Source: a virus (taxonomy: Duplodnaviria > Caudoviricetes). From it: DNA of 58,210 nucleotides. The notes below the pieces were generated by a model. The model did no database searches. It was not told where the DNA came from and was given only the letters and a program-made list of their open reading frames with translations. Shown piece after piece: positions 36,544-45,497 of this stretch; within the stretch, counting starts at the first letter, position 1, and the number at the start of each line of letters is the position of its first letter. Made by a program: the position numbers and the translations under genes. Location of the stretch: the IMG/VR virus record IMGVR_UViG_3300007735_000763, positions 1 through 58,210 of that record; one strand, written 5' to 3'.

Positions 36544-37506
36544 ATGTGTCTATTAGTTCATCAGCCCTCGAGCACGTCATTCTCGAATGATTTTCTCGCG
36601 GATGTTTACTCGAGCAATCGCGACGGCATCGGCGCGATGTATGCCCTGGGCGGTCAGCTGCACGTCGTCAAGGCGTTGCCGAAGAATGCCGACGAGTTCA
36701 TCGAGTTCTATCGGCAGCACGTCGAGGGGCGCGAGTCGATCTGGCACGCGCGGATGCAGACTCACGGCGACATCGATCTCGAGAATTGTCATCCGTACCA
36801 GGTGACGGCTCGAGTTGCCCTGGCTCATAACGGGATTCTGTCGACGGGTAACTCCTGGGACAAGGCGCGCTCGGACACTTGGCATTTCATCCGAAATATT
36901 GTTCGACCAGCTGTCGCGAGCGACGAGGCGATCGTGCTCGATCCTTCCTGGCAGTCGTTCCTGGGCGACCTGATTGGCGCCTCGAATAAGTTCGGCATGA
37001 TGACGGCCGACGGCCAGGCGGTGATCATCAATCGCTCGAGCGGCGTCCAATACTCGGGCGCCTGGTTGTCGAACACTTACGCCTGGAGCGCGCACAAGTT
37101 CGGCGTCGGATCGGTTGCGACCAGGTACACGGGCGCGCGCATCTGGTCGGGTTATGACTGGGATGATTACGCGCTCGAGCCTGTGATCGCGAAAGGCTCG
37201 AAGTCGTCCAGGGGCTCGAAGTCCCTGGGCGGGGATTCCCTGGCGAGGATCACCAGGGCGGCGCGCAATTCCTACATTCGCGGGACGTTGGCTCAATGGG
37301 TCGAGGACGCACCAGGGAAGGCGGCGATCCTGGTCAATGCCATCGAGGACGATCCGACGGGCGAATGCGGCGAGCTCGCCTGGGACGACCCAGAGCTCGT
37401 CGTCGATGCCCTGGCTAAATGGTTCGAGCTCGAGGGGTTAGAGCCTGGGCATGCGGCGAGTCGTGTCGAGGATGATCCCTGGGCGCGCTACGGGTTCCAG
37501 GACTAG
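36544..37506 (+). CDS. class II (Ntn) glutamine amidotransferase
   Basis: N-terminal MC, N.DG.G, H.R..THG, NCHPY, HNG, SDT. Confidence 0.88.
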   Translation: MCLLVHQPSSTSFSNDFLADVYSSNRDGIGAMYALGGQLHVVKALPKNADEFIEFYRQHVEGRESIWHARMQTHGDIDLENCHPYQVTARVALAHNGILSTGNSWDKARSDTWHFIRNIVRPAVASDEAIVLDPSWQSFLGDLIGASNKFGMMTADGQAVIINRSSGVQYSGAWLSNTYAWSAHKFGVGSVATRYTGARIWSGYDWDDYALEPVIAKGSKSSRGSKSLGGDSLARITRAARNSYIRGTLAQWVEDAPGKAAILVNAIEDDPTGECGELAWDDPELVVDALAKWFELEGLEPGHAASRVEDDPWARYGFQD

Positions 37507-37534
37507 TCCTCGAGCAGGTCATCCAGGCGACCAG

Positions 37535-37563
37535 GAAAGGGCCCTTCGGGGCCCTTTCTTTTT
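37535..37563 (+). terminator. Rho-independent terminator
   Basis: GAAAGGGCCC-TTCG-GGGCCCTTTC then T run. Confidence 0.85.
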
Positions 37564-37564
37564 G

Positions 37565-38120
37565 CCTGGTGAGGGCTCGCCTGGGGCGCCCTGGGCGGTC
37601 TCGCTCGAGGGGCAGTTGTCCAGGTGGTATCCGATCGCTCGAGCTCGGGCGATCGCTCGAGGTTCCCTGGTCGATCGTCTTTCCTGGGTTGTCCAGGTTG
37701 CTCGAGTTCGGGCGCTGCCTGGCTCGAGGGCCTCGATCGATCTCCCTGGATACGTTGCTCGATGTATGTGATCCGCGATCCTCGATCCTGGTCTCTTGCG
37801 TCGTGAGCTCCAGGCGCGCGCGTGCCTTGTTTCGTAGGTCGAGCGCGGTGTCGAATGGGCATTTCTTTGATCCGTGATCCTCGATCCTGGTCGCGTTGTT
37901 CGTGATCCAGGCGGCGCGATCTGCTCGCCTGGATCGGCGATCGGCTGGTCGTGTATGTCATTCCGTCGGCGTGTATGTCATTCCGCTGGCGATCGGATCG
38001 GCTCGAGGTCGGCGATCGGCGGCGATCGGATCGGTGCGACCAGTCGGATCGGCTCGGCGATCGGCTCGGCGATCGGTCTGGATCGGCTCGGCGATCGGCT
38101 CGAGGGTCGCGGATCGCGGG
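37565..38120. repeat. non-coding low-complexity array of GATC/CGATCG, CCWGG and CTCGAG; probable genome-end region
   Basis: About 25 GATC, 14 CCWGG and 7 CTCGAG by manual count; tandem GATCGGCTCGGC units; 25-bp and 16-bp direct repeats. Confidence 0.8.
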
Positions 38121-38349
38121 CCTCGGTGGGGATTTCTTTGGTAATTCTTTGACGTACACCGGAGAATTCTTTGAGGGCGGCGGGCCAAAAAAATGGCCGG
38201 TTGTGTAAAGGCAAGGGCTAATGCCCGATTTCACACATTGGATTTCTGGCCAAAGAGAACCGGCCCAGGGGGAAGGAAAAAGTGCCCCCTTTGATTAACT
38301 TGTCAACTCGTGTAAAAATTTGTGCAAATTTCTACGCAACGGACTTCTG

Positions 38350-39813
38350 ATGAGCGCAGTTCCCCAAGACGTGGAGGCCGAACGGCTACGGCTGGAATAC
38401 CGGCTAATGCTTCTGGAAACCCAGGACAAGGCCCGGACCAACTTCATCGACTTTGTGCGGTACGTTTGGCCCGAGGCGATCCTGGGCGATCACCATCGGC
38501 GCATGGGGGCGGCCTTCGATCGGATCGCCAAGGGCAATCTGAAGCGGCTAATCATCAACATGCCGCCCCGTCATACAAAGTCCGAGTTTGCGTCCTACCT
38601 GTTGCCGGCCTTCCTGATGGGGCGCAAACCCCGTTTGCAGACGATCGAAGCGACGCACACAGCGGAACTGGCCGTTAAATTCGGCCGTAAAGTCCGCGAC
38701 CTGATGATGTCGGACCGTTATCGGGAGCTCTTTCCCCAGGTAGACCTGAAGCAGGACAGCAAGGCCGCCGGCCGGTGGGACACGAACCATGGCGGTAGCT
38801 ACTTCGCTGTCGGTGTGGGCGGTGCGGTCACCGGACGCGGTGCCGATTTGCTGATCATCGACGATCCGCATTCGGAGCAGGATGCGTATTCGGACCTTGC
38901 CTTGGACAACGCATGGGATTGGTATCAGGGCGGTCCGCGAACCCGTCTCCAGCCAGGAGGAGCCATTGTCATCGTCATGACCCGTTGGGGCACCAAAGAC
39001 CTGACGGCGCGCCTGCTTAAGGCGCAATCCAGTCACAACGCGGATAAGTGGGAGGTCATCGAGTTCCCGGCAATCCTGCCATCAGGCAATCCGCTTTGGC
39101 CGGAGTTCTGGTCCCTTGACGAACTAGAGGGGGTCAAGTCTTCGCTGTCGGTGCAGAAGTGGAACGCGATGTATCAGCAGCAGCCGACGAACGATGAGGG
39201 TGCAATCCTCAAGCGTGAGTGGTGGAAAGTCTGGCCTGAACCGCAGCCCCCGATCGTGAACTACATCATCCAAAGCTACGACACGGCGTATAGCAAAAAG
39301 GAAACTGCCGACTATAGCGTGATCACGACCTGGGGCGTGTTTTATCCTGGCGAAGACAGTGGGCCGAACATCATCCTGCTTGATGTCCTGCGTGGTCGGT
39401 GGGACTTTCCTGAACTAAAGCGAATTGCGAAGGAAGAGTACAACCGCTGGAACCCTGACAATGTGCTGATCGAGGCCAAGGCCACGGGCGTGACGTTGCA
39501 ACAAGAACTTCGTCGCGTCGGCATCCCCGTCACCATGTACACCCCTGGCGGACGCCGATCGGGCACCGATAAGGTCAGTCGCGCGAACGCGGTCGCCCCT
39601 GTGTTCGAGGCGGGGATGGTCTGGGCCCCGGACACCGATTGGGCGGAAGAGCTGATCGAGGAGTGCGCAGCGTTCCCGAACGGCGACAACGACGACATGG
39701 TGGACTCGACGACGCAGGCCATCATGCGTTTCCGTCAGGGCAACTTCATCAACCTTCAAACGGATTACAAGGAGATGCCGTCGGGAAGATCGCTTGCCCC
39801 TGAATACTATTGA
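38350..39813 (+). CDS. terL: terminase large subunit
   Basis: NMPPRHTKS Walker A, LLIIDDP Walker B, MTRW, SYDTA, DDMVDS nuclease motifs. Confidence 0.95.
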   Translation: MSAVPQDVEAERLRLEYRLMLLETQDKARTNFIDFVRYVWPEAILGDHHRRMGAAFDRIAKGNLKRLIINMPPRHTKSEFASYLLPAFLMGRKPRLQTIEATHTAELAVKFGRKVRDLMMSDRYRELFPQVDLKQDSKAAGRWDTNHGGSYFAVGVGGAVTGRGADLLIIDDPHSEQDAYSDLALDNAWDWYQGGPRTRLQPGGAIVIVMTRWGTKDLTARLLKAQSSHNADKWEVIEFPAILPSGNPLWPEFWSLDELEGVKSSLSVQKWNAMYQQQPTNDEGAILKREWWKVWPEPQPPIVNYIIQSYDTAYSKKETADYSVITTWGVFYPGEDSGPNIILLDVLRGRWDFPELKRIAKEEYNRWNPDNVLIEAKATGVTLQQELRRVGIPVTMYTPGGRRSGTDKVSRANAVAPVFEAGMVWAPDTDWAEELIEECAAFPNGDNDDMVDSTTQAIMRFRQGNFINLQTDYKEMPSGRSLAPEYY

Positions 39814-39823
39814 CGCCTAGAAT
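39794..39823 (+). promoter_or_regulatory. possible promoter for the cargo-gene cluster
   Basis: TTGCCC-18-TAGAAT. Confidence 0.4.
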
Positions 39824-39853
39824 GCAAGGGCATGCATCCGTAGGGGATCTCGA

Positions 39854-42445
39854 ATGGCAAGACGGGGCGACGAATTTGACGGAATGGACTCCGCGCAGGA
39901 GTTCACGGACGACACGTCTGCGGCGGATATGCTCTCGCAGTATTTTGGCAGAGTGCCTGAAGATACGCCCGCCGCTCCAGAAAACACGACTGCGCTTGAG
40001 CAATTGCAAGCGCTTGTGCAGATGGAGGAGCAGCGTCGTGCGGCCGAGGCGCAAGCGACACGGCCCATGGACCAGCCACAGCCTGCTGTCGACACCACGA
40101 TGCCCACAGGCGAATCAGTGCCTGTTGCGCCACAACCTGCTGCATCAAACCTTCCCCCTGGCGTCACCCAAGCAGATCTGGATGCGATTGCAGCAAGCTT
40201 TCGTGATGCGGGCTATGGTCCGAACAATAATATTTTAGGTCAGGGAATCAACCTCTCGGGGGTTGGTCTTGGCGGTAGCTACATGCCTGGCGGTCCGGCG
40301 CAGACGCCGACGCCCACGATCAATTTTACGGGCGATCCGAACCAGCCGTACTTTGACATGCGCACGCCGACAGGCGGCGTAGATCCCAAGTATTTTGTGC
40401 CGGGGCTTACGAGTCCTTCTGTCAACACCGTGGGCCCAACGGACCGTGGCGTTCCTCAGCGCCGGGAAAACGAATGCCCGCCGGGGCTGGAGTACAGTTA
40501 CGAGCTTGGCCGTTGCGTGCGCCCGGAGACTATCGAGCCACCGCCACCTCCACCCCCACCGCCTCCCCCCCCTCCTCCACCCCCGCCGCCACCGCCTCCT
40601 CCCCCGCCGATCAAGTGCGATCCGGGGTATATCTACAATCCTGAGACGCGGCAGTGCGAGAAGGAGATTGTTACTCCTCCGCCTCCTCCGAAGGATTGCC
40701 CGCCAGGACTTGTGAGAGACCCGGCGTCTGGGCTGTGCGTGCCACCGCCTCCTCCCCCGCCGCCTCCGCCTCCCCCGCCGCCTCCGCCACCACCTGGTGA
40801 CGACTGTCTACCGGGCAATCGGCGTGATCCGGTGACGGGCAAGTGCATGCCTATTTGTGGGCCTGGATCCGTATACGATCCGGCGACGGGCAAGTGCGTG
40901 CCTATAACTCCACCGCCCCCGCCTCCACCCCCGCCACCGCCTCCCACGGAGTGCCAGCCGGGATATGAACGCAACGCAGCAGGGCAGTGTGTGCCGATCC
41001 GTCTTGACCCCTGTCAGCCGGGCTATGTACGCAGCACGGTAACGGGTAAGTGTGAGCCAATCACCATAACGCCCCCGCCTCCGCCGCCCCCACCGCCCCC
41101 CGGACCGACACAGCCGCCTACCCCGCCTCCGGGCGTAATCCAGCCGTTCGATCCGTCGGCCGCGATGCTTGCGGCGTACAGGAGGATGTTCGGCACGGGA
41201 GCCGTGAACCTTGGGCGGTCGGACGCGACTGGTGGTGGCACGCCCACGTCCCCGTTGGTCAGCACCACAGGGGTTGGAGCGCCCACTCCGGGCACTGGGA
41301 CTGCGAGGTCTCCTGTTCCGTTGCCGGGGTTCCAGAACGTGACGTTCACGCCTGGCCAGCCGCAATTCTTTGGGAATGTCCCAGGAGCCATGCTCCCCGG
41401 CACGTTGCCCTCAAACTACAACCCGATTAGCAATTACAAGGGACCGTTAGCCACGGACGTTTTGGCGCAGAACCCGAACCTGAGTCCGACGATTCTCGGC
41501 GGCTTGCAGGGGCTGGGGTATTACACGGATCGTTTGGGCAATCGGATCTTTGCGCCGGGCGGGGCCTTTGCAAATCCTGTCAGGGCCTTTGCCGATGGCG
41601 GTGAGGCGGACAAAGACGAAGCATCGGCAACGTCCGCACAAGCCGAACTTCGTGCGCTGCTTGACGCCATGCCTGCTGAGACGGAGACGGAGGTGTCGGT
41701 CTCCCCGACCTCTCGCTCTGTTCGTAAGACAAAGAAAAAGGCTGTGGACACGGGCAAGGCCAAGGGCATCTCCATGAGCCTTGAAGAGTCGATGGCGAGC
41801 ATTGAGCCGCCAAGCCGCGCCTCGGCCCGTGATCAGTTAGCCGCGCTCATGCGACGCAATCGCGGTCTTGTGGCGAAGACGTTCAGTACGCCGACGCTCG
41901 ATCGTGCAAGCCTCGCGGCTCGCGGACCACTGACCACGAAGCGATTCCAGGATGGCGGTGAGGTGGACGACAGCACCCCGTTGCAGCGTCGTATCTACAT
42001 GGAATCCGTCAGCGATCCTGCCAAGCGCACTGCGCCGATCACTGAGAAAAGCATGTCGGCCAAGGAGCTGGATAAACTTCGGACGTTGATTGAGATCGCC
42101 GAAGCCAATCCTTCTCTTAGCGAAAAGACAGGCAAGCCCTTGCCTGGCGTTGTCGACTACGCGCATCAGCGGATGTTGATGGAGAAGGTAGACCCGATGG
42201 GCAGCCTTCCGATCTCCATGCGCGATTCGGATTACAACGCGTTGGAGTCGGGCAATCTGCGTAACACGCTCGGGCAGTTTACGTTTGAGCGATTGCCGGA
42301 TGGATCGTTGGTCGTGAAGGACACGTACGATTACACCGGAGACGTAGGCGCCAGGTTTAATCCGTTGATTCAATACGCGAATAAGGTCGGTGTGAATCGT
42401 CCAGTCAGGATCGCACTGCCGCCCAAGAGCACGAAGAAGAGGTAG
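39854..42445 (+). CDS. polyproline / Cys-repeat protein, putative virion cargo
   Basis: Seven CxPG-x8/9-C repeats with poly-Pro tracts; FADGG and FQDGG motifs precede a globular C-terminus. Confidence 0.8.
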   Translation: MARRGDEFDGMDSAQEFTDDTSAADMLSQYFGRVPEDTPAAPENTTALEQLQALVQMEEQRRAAEAQATRPMDQPQPAVDTTMPTGESVPVAPQPAASNLPPGVTQADLDAIAASFRDAGYGPNNNILGQGINLSGVGLGGSYMPGGPAQTPTPTINFTGDPNQPYFDMRTPTGGVDPKYFVPGLTSPSVNTVGPTDRGVPQRRENECPPGLEYSYELGRCVRPETIEPPPPPPPPPPPPPPPPPPPPPPPPIKCDPGYIYNPETRQCEKEIVTPPPPPKDCPPGLVRDPASGLCVPPPPPPPPPPPPPPPPPPGDDCLPGNRRDPVTGKCMPICGPGSVYDPATGKCVPITPPPPPPPPPPPPTECQPGYERNAAGQCVPIRLDPCQPGYVRSTVTGKCEPITITPPPPPPPPPPGPTQPPTPPPGVIQPFDPSAAMLAAYRRMFGTGAVNLGRSDATGGGTPTSPLVSTTGVGAPTPGTGTARSPVPLPGFQNVTFTPGQPQFFGNVPGAMLPGTLPSNYNPISNYKGPLATDVLAQNPNLSPTILGGLQGLGYYTDRLGNRIFAPGGAFANPVRAFADGGEADKDEASATSAQAELRALLDAMPAETETEVSVSPTSRSVRKTKKKAVDTGKAKGISMSLEESMASIEPPSRASARDQLAALMRRNRGLVAKTFSTPTLDRASLAARGPLTTKRFQDGGEVDDSTPLQRRIYMESVSDPAKRTAPITEKSMSAKELDKLRTLIEIAEANPSLSEKTGKPLPGVVDYAHQRMLMEKVDPMGSLPISMRDSDYNALESGNLRNTLGQFTFERLPDGSLVVKDTYDYTGDVGARFNPLIQYANKVGVNRPVRIALPPKSTKKR

Positions 42446-42447
42446 TC

Positions 42448-44511
42448 ATGGCCTCGAAGGAAGAACTGCGCAAGCTGATGCTTGCGATGAACCCTGACGC
42501 GGAGCAGATCGAGGAAGCGGCGGCCGCTGCACCCCGTGTTCCGGGCGCGGCCAAGGCACTTGGTAAGGGCTTTTACGAGGCCAATGTGGAGCCTTTGTTA
42601 TCGCCAAGAGAAACCGCGATGGCGATCTTTGGGGCGGGCCAGGAGTTTGTGCGCGACCCGAAGGAGTTCTCGAAGAGCGTAGCAAGGTCGGAGATGGAGC
42701 GGCTGAAGGCCGCAGGCGAGACGCCTGAGGCGGGGGCCGAGTACTACGGCGGGATGTTGAGTCCGTTCAGTCTATTCCGTCGGTTGCCCAAGACTGAAGT
42801 TGTACGGCCCAAGGGCCAGGGCGTTGTGCTTGATTACCCGGACGCCCCGTTGGTAGCCATGGGGGACAAGAACACCACGTTGGATGAGCGTTATGGCAGC
42901 ACTCGTTATCCAAAGGGGTTTGTCAATCGAACCATTGAAGACGGAAAAGCTAGGGTAACTGCTTTAGTAGAACGCGAAGCGTTGGATGCTGATAAGACCA
43001 CAGCGATTAACAATTTCCTTGACACCAAAGTACGTAATTACTTTGTCAATCAATTTGGCACCAAAGACGACCCCATCTTCAAGGCTATCAAAGAGGGGCG
43101 CTTATCGAGCGTTAGACTCAAAGAGCCTGGCGGCATACGCGAGTATCTCCCTGTGGCAGCGAGGGAGGGAAAGACGCGCGTCAATCCTGAAACAAAAGAG
43201 TCGGTCTTTTATCCAACTAGCAGCGCACAGGCTGCACTTGAGGATATCAACAAGATCTACGACGAGCTGACCAACATGCGTGGGACGGTCATTGCTAACA
43301 GAACGGTTGGCAAGCCCGAGAACGAGTTTGCGCTTCTTGACCAAGAGCGCCCGAAAGCGCAGCAGTTGCTTGACGAAACCACACAAGCGCTTCTTGACGA
43401 ACGAAATGCGGCGTATGAGATCAACCCTTCCGTAGGCATACTAGGGTACAAAGATCCGGCATTTGCCAGTAAGGCCAAGCCAAGCAGGAAGCTATTGAAT
43501 GTCTTGCCTGAGCGCGGACGTCAAAGACGTACTGTTGCTGCGGAAGATCTGGACGCGTTGATGTTGGCACAAGACCCAAACATGCCGAAGTCCATAAAGA
43601 CAGCCATTGAAAAAGGGCAGCCCATCTATGACATGAATCCCAGGGGCGCCCTTGGCGACATCCTGAACACGGAGGTGTTAGTCAACTACTTGGCTACGCT
43701 TCCTACGCGCGAGATCAAGAACCTACGATATGAAGACGCCGTTCGTGGGGCCGTGAAACTAGATGAACTCACAACGGAACGTAATGCAGTTATCGCGCGC
43801 GTGCGCGAGGGCAAGCCTGTTGACAAGAAGGTTTTCCTAGAAGGCGTAAGCCAGCCGATCATTAGCTACGGCAAAGAAAGCGCCTTTCCTGGATTCACTT
43901 GGCGTCAGATAACCGATCCCGAAGCAACTACCCTTGAGGGCGCGTATATCGGGCATTCCGTGGGCGGATACGCTAAAGAAGGCGGGTACGGCCCCGAACG
44001 ATATAAGGCGTTTTTGTCCGGCAAAAACAAAGTCTATTCGCTAAGAGATGCCGAAGGCCGACCCGTTACAACGATAGAGACCATGGAAGTTCCAGAGCGT
44101 GGAACGATTGTGACGCAGGTCAAAGGCGCAGGTAGCAAGACTGGGAACTCTGGCGACAAGACTCCCTACGATCCGTTGCTGGTAGATTTCTTCAACAAAA
44201 TAAACGCTGCGGCAATCACTGAGTCAGACACTTATCTGCCTCCCTTATCGCGAGAGTACAAGCAGCAAAGAGGCAATCCTGTTCCCAGCAGACTTTCGGC
44301 CAGGGTTGGCGCGCCGCAGCCCATTGGACGTCCTGCGCCAGCAGAGCCGCCTGTACCCCAACAGGTCCCGCCTGCTCCGGCACAACAAGGCATTGGCCAA
44401 CTACCGCAGGCTCCGCAAAATCCCCCTCGCCAAGCGTTCCGTAACATGGACGATGCGACCTTCTTGCGGTTCCTAAGAAGACTGCGCGGAATGCCAGAAG
44501 GCGAAGAGTAA
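42448..44511 (+). CDS. putative cargo protein: shared N-terminal leader plus PcfJ-like domain
   Basis: EGAYIGHSVGGY...VYSLRDAEGRPVTTIE...QVKG; N-terminus paralogous to next gene. Confidence 0.7.
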   Translation: MASKEELRKLMLAMNPDAEQIEEAAAAAPRVPGAAKALGKGFYEANVEPLLSPRETAMAIFGAGQEFVRDPKEFSKSVARSEMERLKAAGETPEAGAEYYGGMLSPFSLFRRLPKTEVVRPKGQGVVLDYPDAPLVAMGDKNTTLDERYGSTRYPKGFVNRTIEDGKARVTALVEREALDADKTTAINNFLDTKVRNYFVNQFGTKDDPIFKAIKEGRLSSVRLKEPGGIREYLPVAAREGKTRVNPETKESVFYPTSSAQAALEDINKIYDELTNMRGTVIANRTVGKPENEFALLDQERPKAQQLLDETTQALLDERNAAYEINPSVGILGYKDPAFASKAKPSRKLLNVLPERGRQRRTVAAEDLDALMLAQDPNMPKSIKTAIEKGQPIYDMNPRGALGDILNTEVLVNYLATLPTREIKNLRYEDAVRGAVKLDELTTERNAVIARVREGKPVDKKVFLEGVSQPIISYGKESAFPGFTWRQITDPEATTLEGAYIGHSVGGYAKEGGYGPERYKAFLSGKNKVYSLRDAEGRPVTTIETMEVPERGTIVTQVKGAGSKTGNSGDKTPYDPLLVDFFNKINAAAITESDTYLPPLSREYKQQRGNPVPSRLSARVGAPQPIGRPAPAEPPVPQQVPPAPAQQGIGQLPQAPQNPPRQAFRNMDDATFLRFLRRLRGMPEGEE

Positions 44512-45465
44512 ATGGCCGCCTCTCGAGAAGATCTTCGCAAGCTGATCTTGGCCATGAACCCCGATGCGCAAAACATCGAGGAAGCCGCAGCAGCCGCGCC
44601 CCGCGTGCCTAAGATGGCCAAGGCGTTTGGGCGAGGGTTCTACGAGGCCAACGTCGCCCCATTACTGTCTCCATACGAGACGGCGACGGCGATCTTTGGC
44701 ACAGGCAAAGAGATGGCCCGTGCGCCGGTAGAGACGACCAAGAGCATGGCGCGATCGGAGCTTGAGCGATTGCAGCAAGCCGAGCGCAGTCCAGAGGCTG
44801 CCGCCGAGTATGCGGGCGGAATGTTCAGTCCGTTTAGCATGCTCCGTCGTGCGCCAACCATGCGTGAGATCACCGCCTATCAGGGCTCGCCGGCGAAGTT
44901 TGAGCCGACCCCAGACAACCCGCTTGGCGAGTTTGACATCACCAAAGCGGGCAGTGGCGTGGGCCAGCAAAACAGAGGCCCCGGCACCTACATCGCTGAG
45001 AACCCAAAGGTTGCAAACCGATATCGTATTGCCCCCGGCAGCACAGATCCCAAGAAGGGATTTATGTACACGGTCGATCTGCCTGATCCGATGATTGAGA
45101 AGATGATTGACCTTGATGCGCCGATCATGAATCAGCCAAAGATCCGTGAGACGCTTTTGAAGATCGCGGACGACGACGTGCTGCCGCCAGAGAGCGCACA
45201 GTATCTGCGATACATGCTGACGAGCCAGGACAAAGCATTGCAAAAGTACCCGCTTACGGGTCTCGGTTTGGTTTCTGTGCCGCGTGAGTTTGGCGGCATC
45301 TTCAAAGACGTTACCGAAGCCAATGCGGTTCTTCAGCGTTATGGCATTCCAGGCTCGAAGTGGAAGGACGACATCTCGCGTGGCCCGGACAAAGGCACGC
45401 GTAACTTCGTGGTATTCCCTGGGGAAGAGAAAAAGGTCAAGATCCTGAAGCGCGAAGGCAGGTAG
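44512..45465 (+). CDS. putative cargo protein: shared N-terminal leader plus ADP-ribosyltransferase-like (ART-PolyVal-type) domain
   Basis: AYQGSP..F...FD....GSG.G.Q..GPGTYIAENPKVA..Y...GTRNFVVF. Confidence 0.65.
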   Translation: MAASREDLRKLILAMNPDAQNIEEAAAAAPRVPKMAKAFGRGFYEANVAPLLSPYETATAIFGTGKEMARAPVETTKSMARSELERLQQAERSPEAAAEYAGGMFSPFSMLRRAPTMREITAYQGSPAKFEPTPDNPLGEFDITKAGSGVGQQNRGPGTYIAENPKVANRYRIAPGSTDPKKGFMYTVDLPDPMIEKMIDLDAPIMNQPKIRETLLKIADDDVLPPESAQYLRYMLTSQDKALQKYPLTGLGLVSVPREFGGIFKDVTEANAVLQRYGIPGSKWKDDISRGPDKGTRNFVVFPGEEKKVKILKREGR

Positions 45466-45497
45466 CCTTTCATCACGAAACGTATTAGGATTACAAC

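Noticed and set aside
37950-38100. CRISPR-like array
   Set aside because: Only two 16-bp copies with a 4-nt gap; other repeats are tandem without unique spacers; no cas operon
37503-38234. Overlapping ORFs across the GATC-rich tract
   Set aside because: Low-complexity translations in several frames, no SD, downstream of a terminator; open only because the repeats lack stop codons
42448-45465. Diversity-generating retroelement repeats
   Set aside because: No reverse transcriptase; differences between the duplicated segments are not adenine-specific and lie at N-termini
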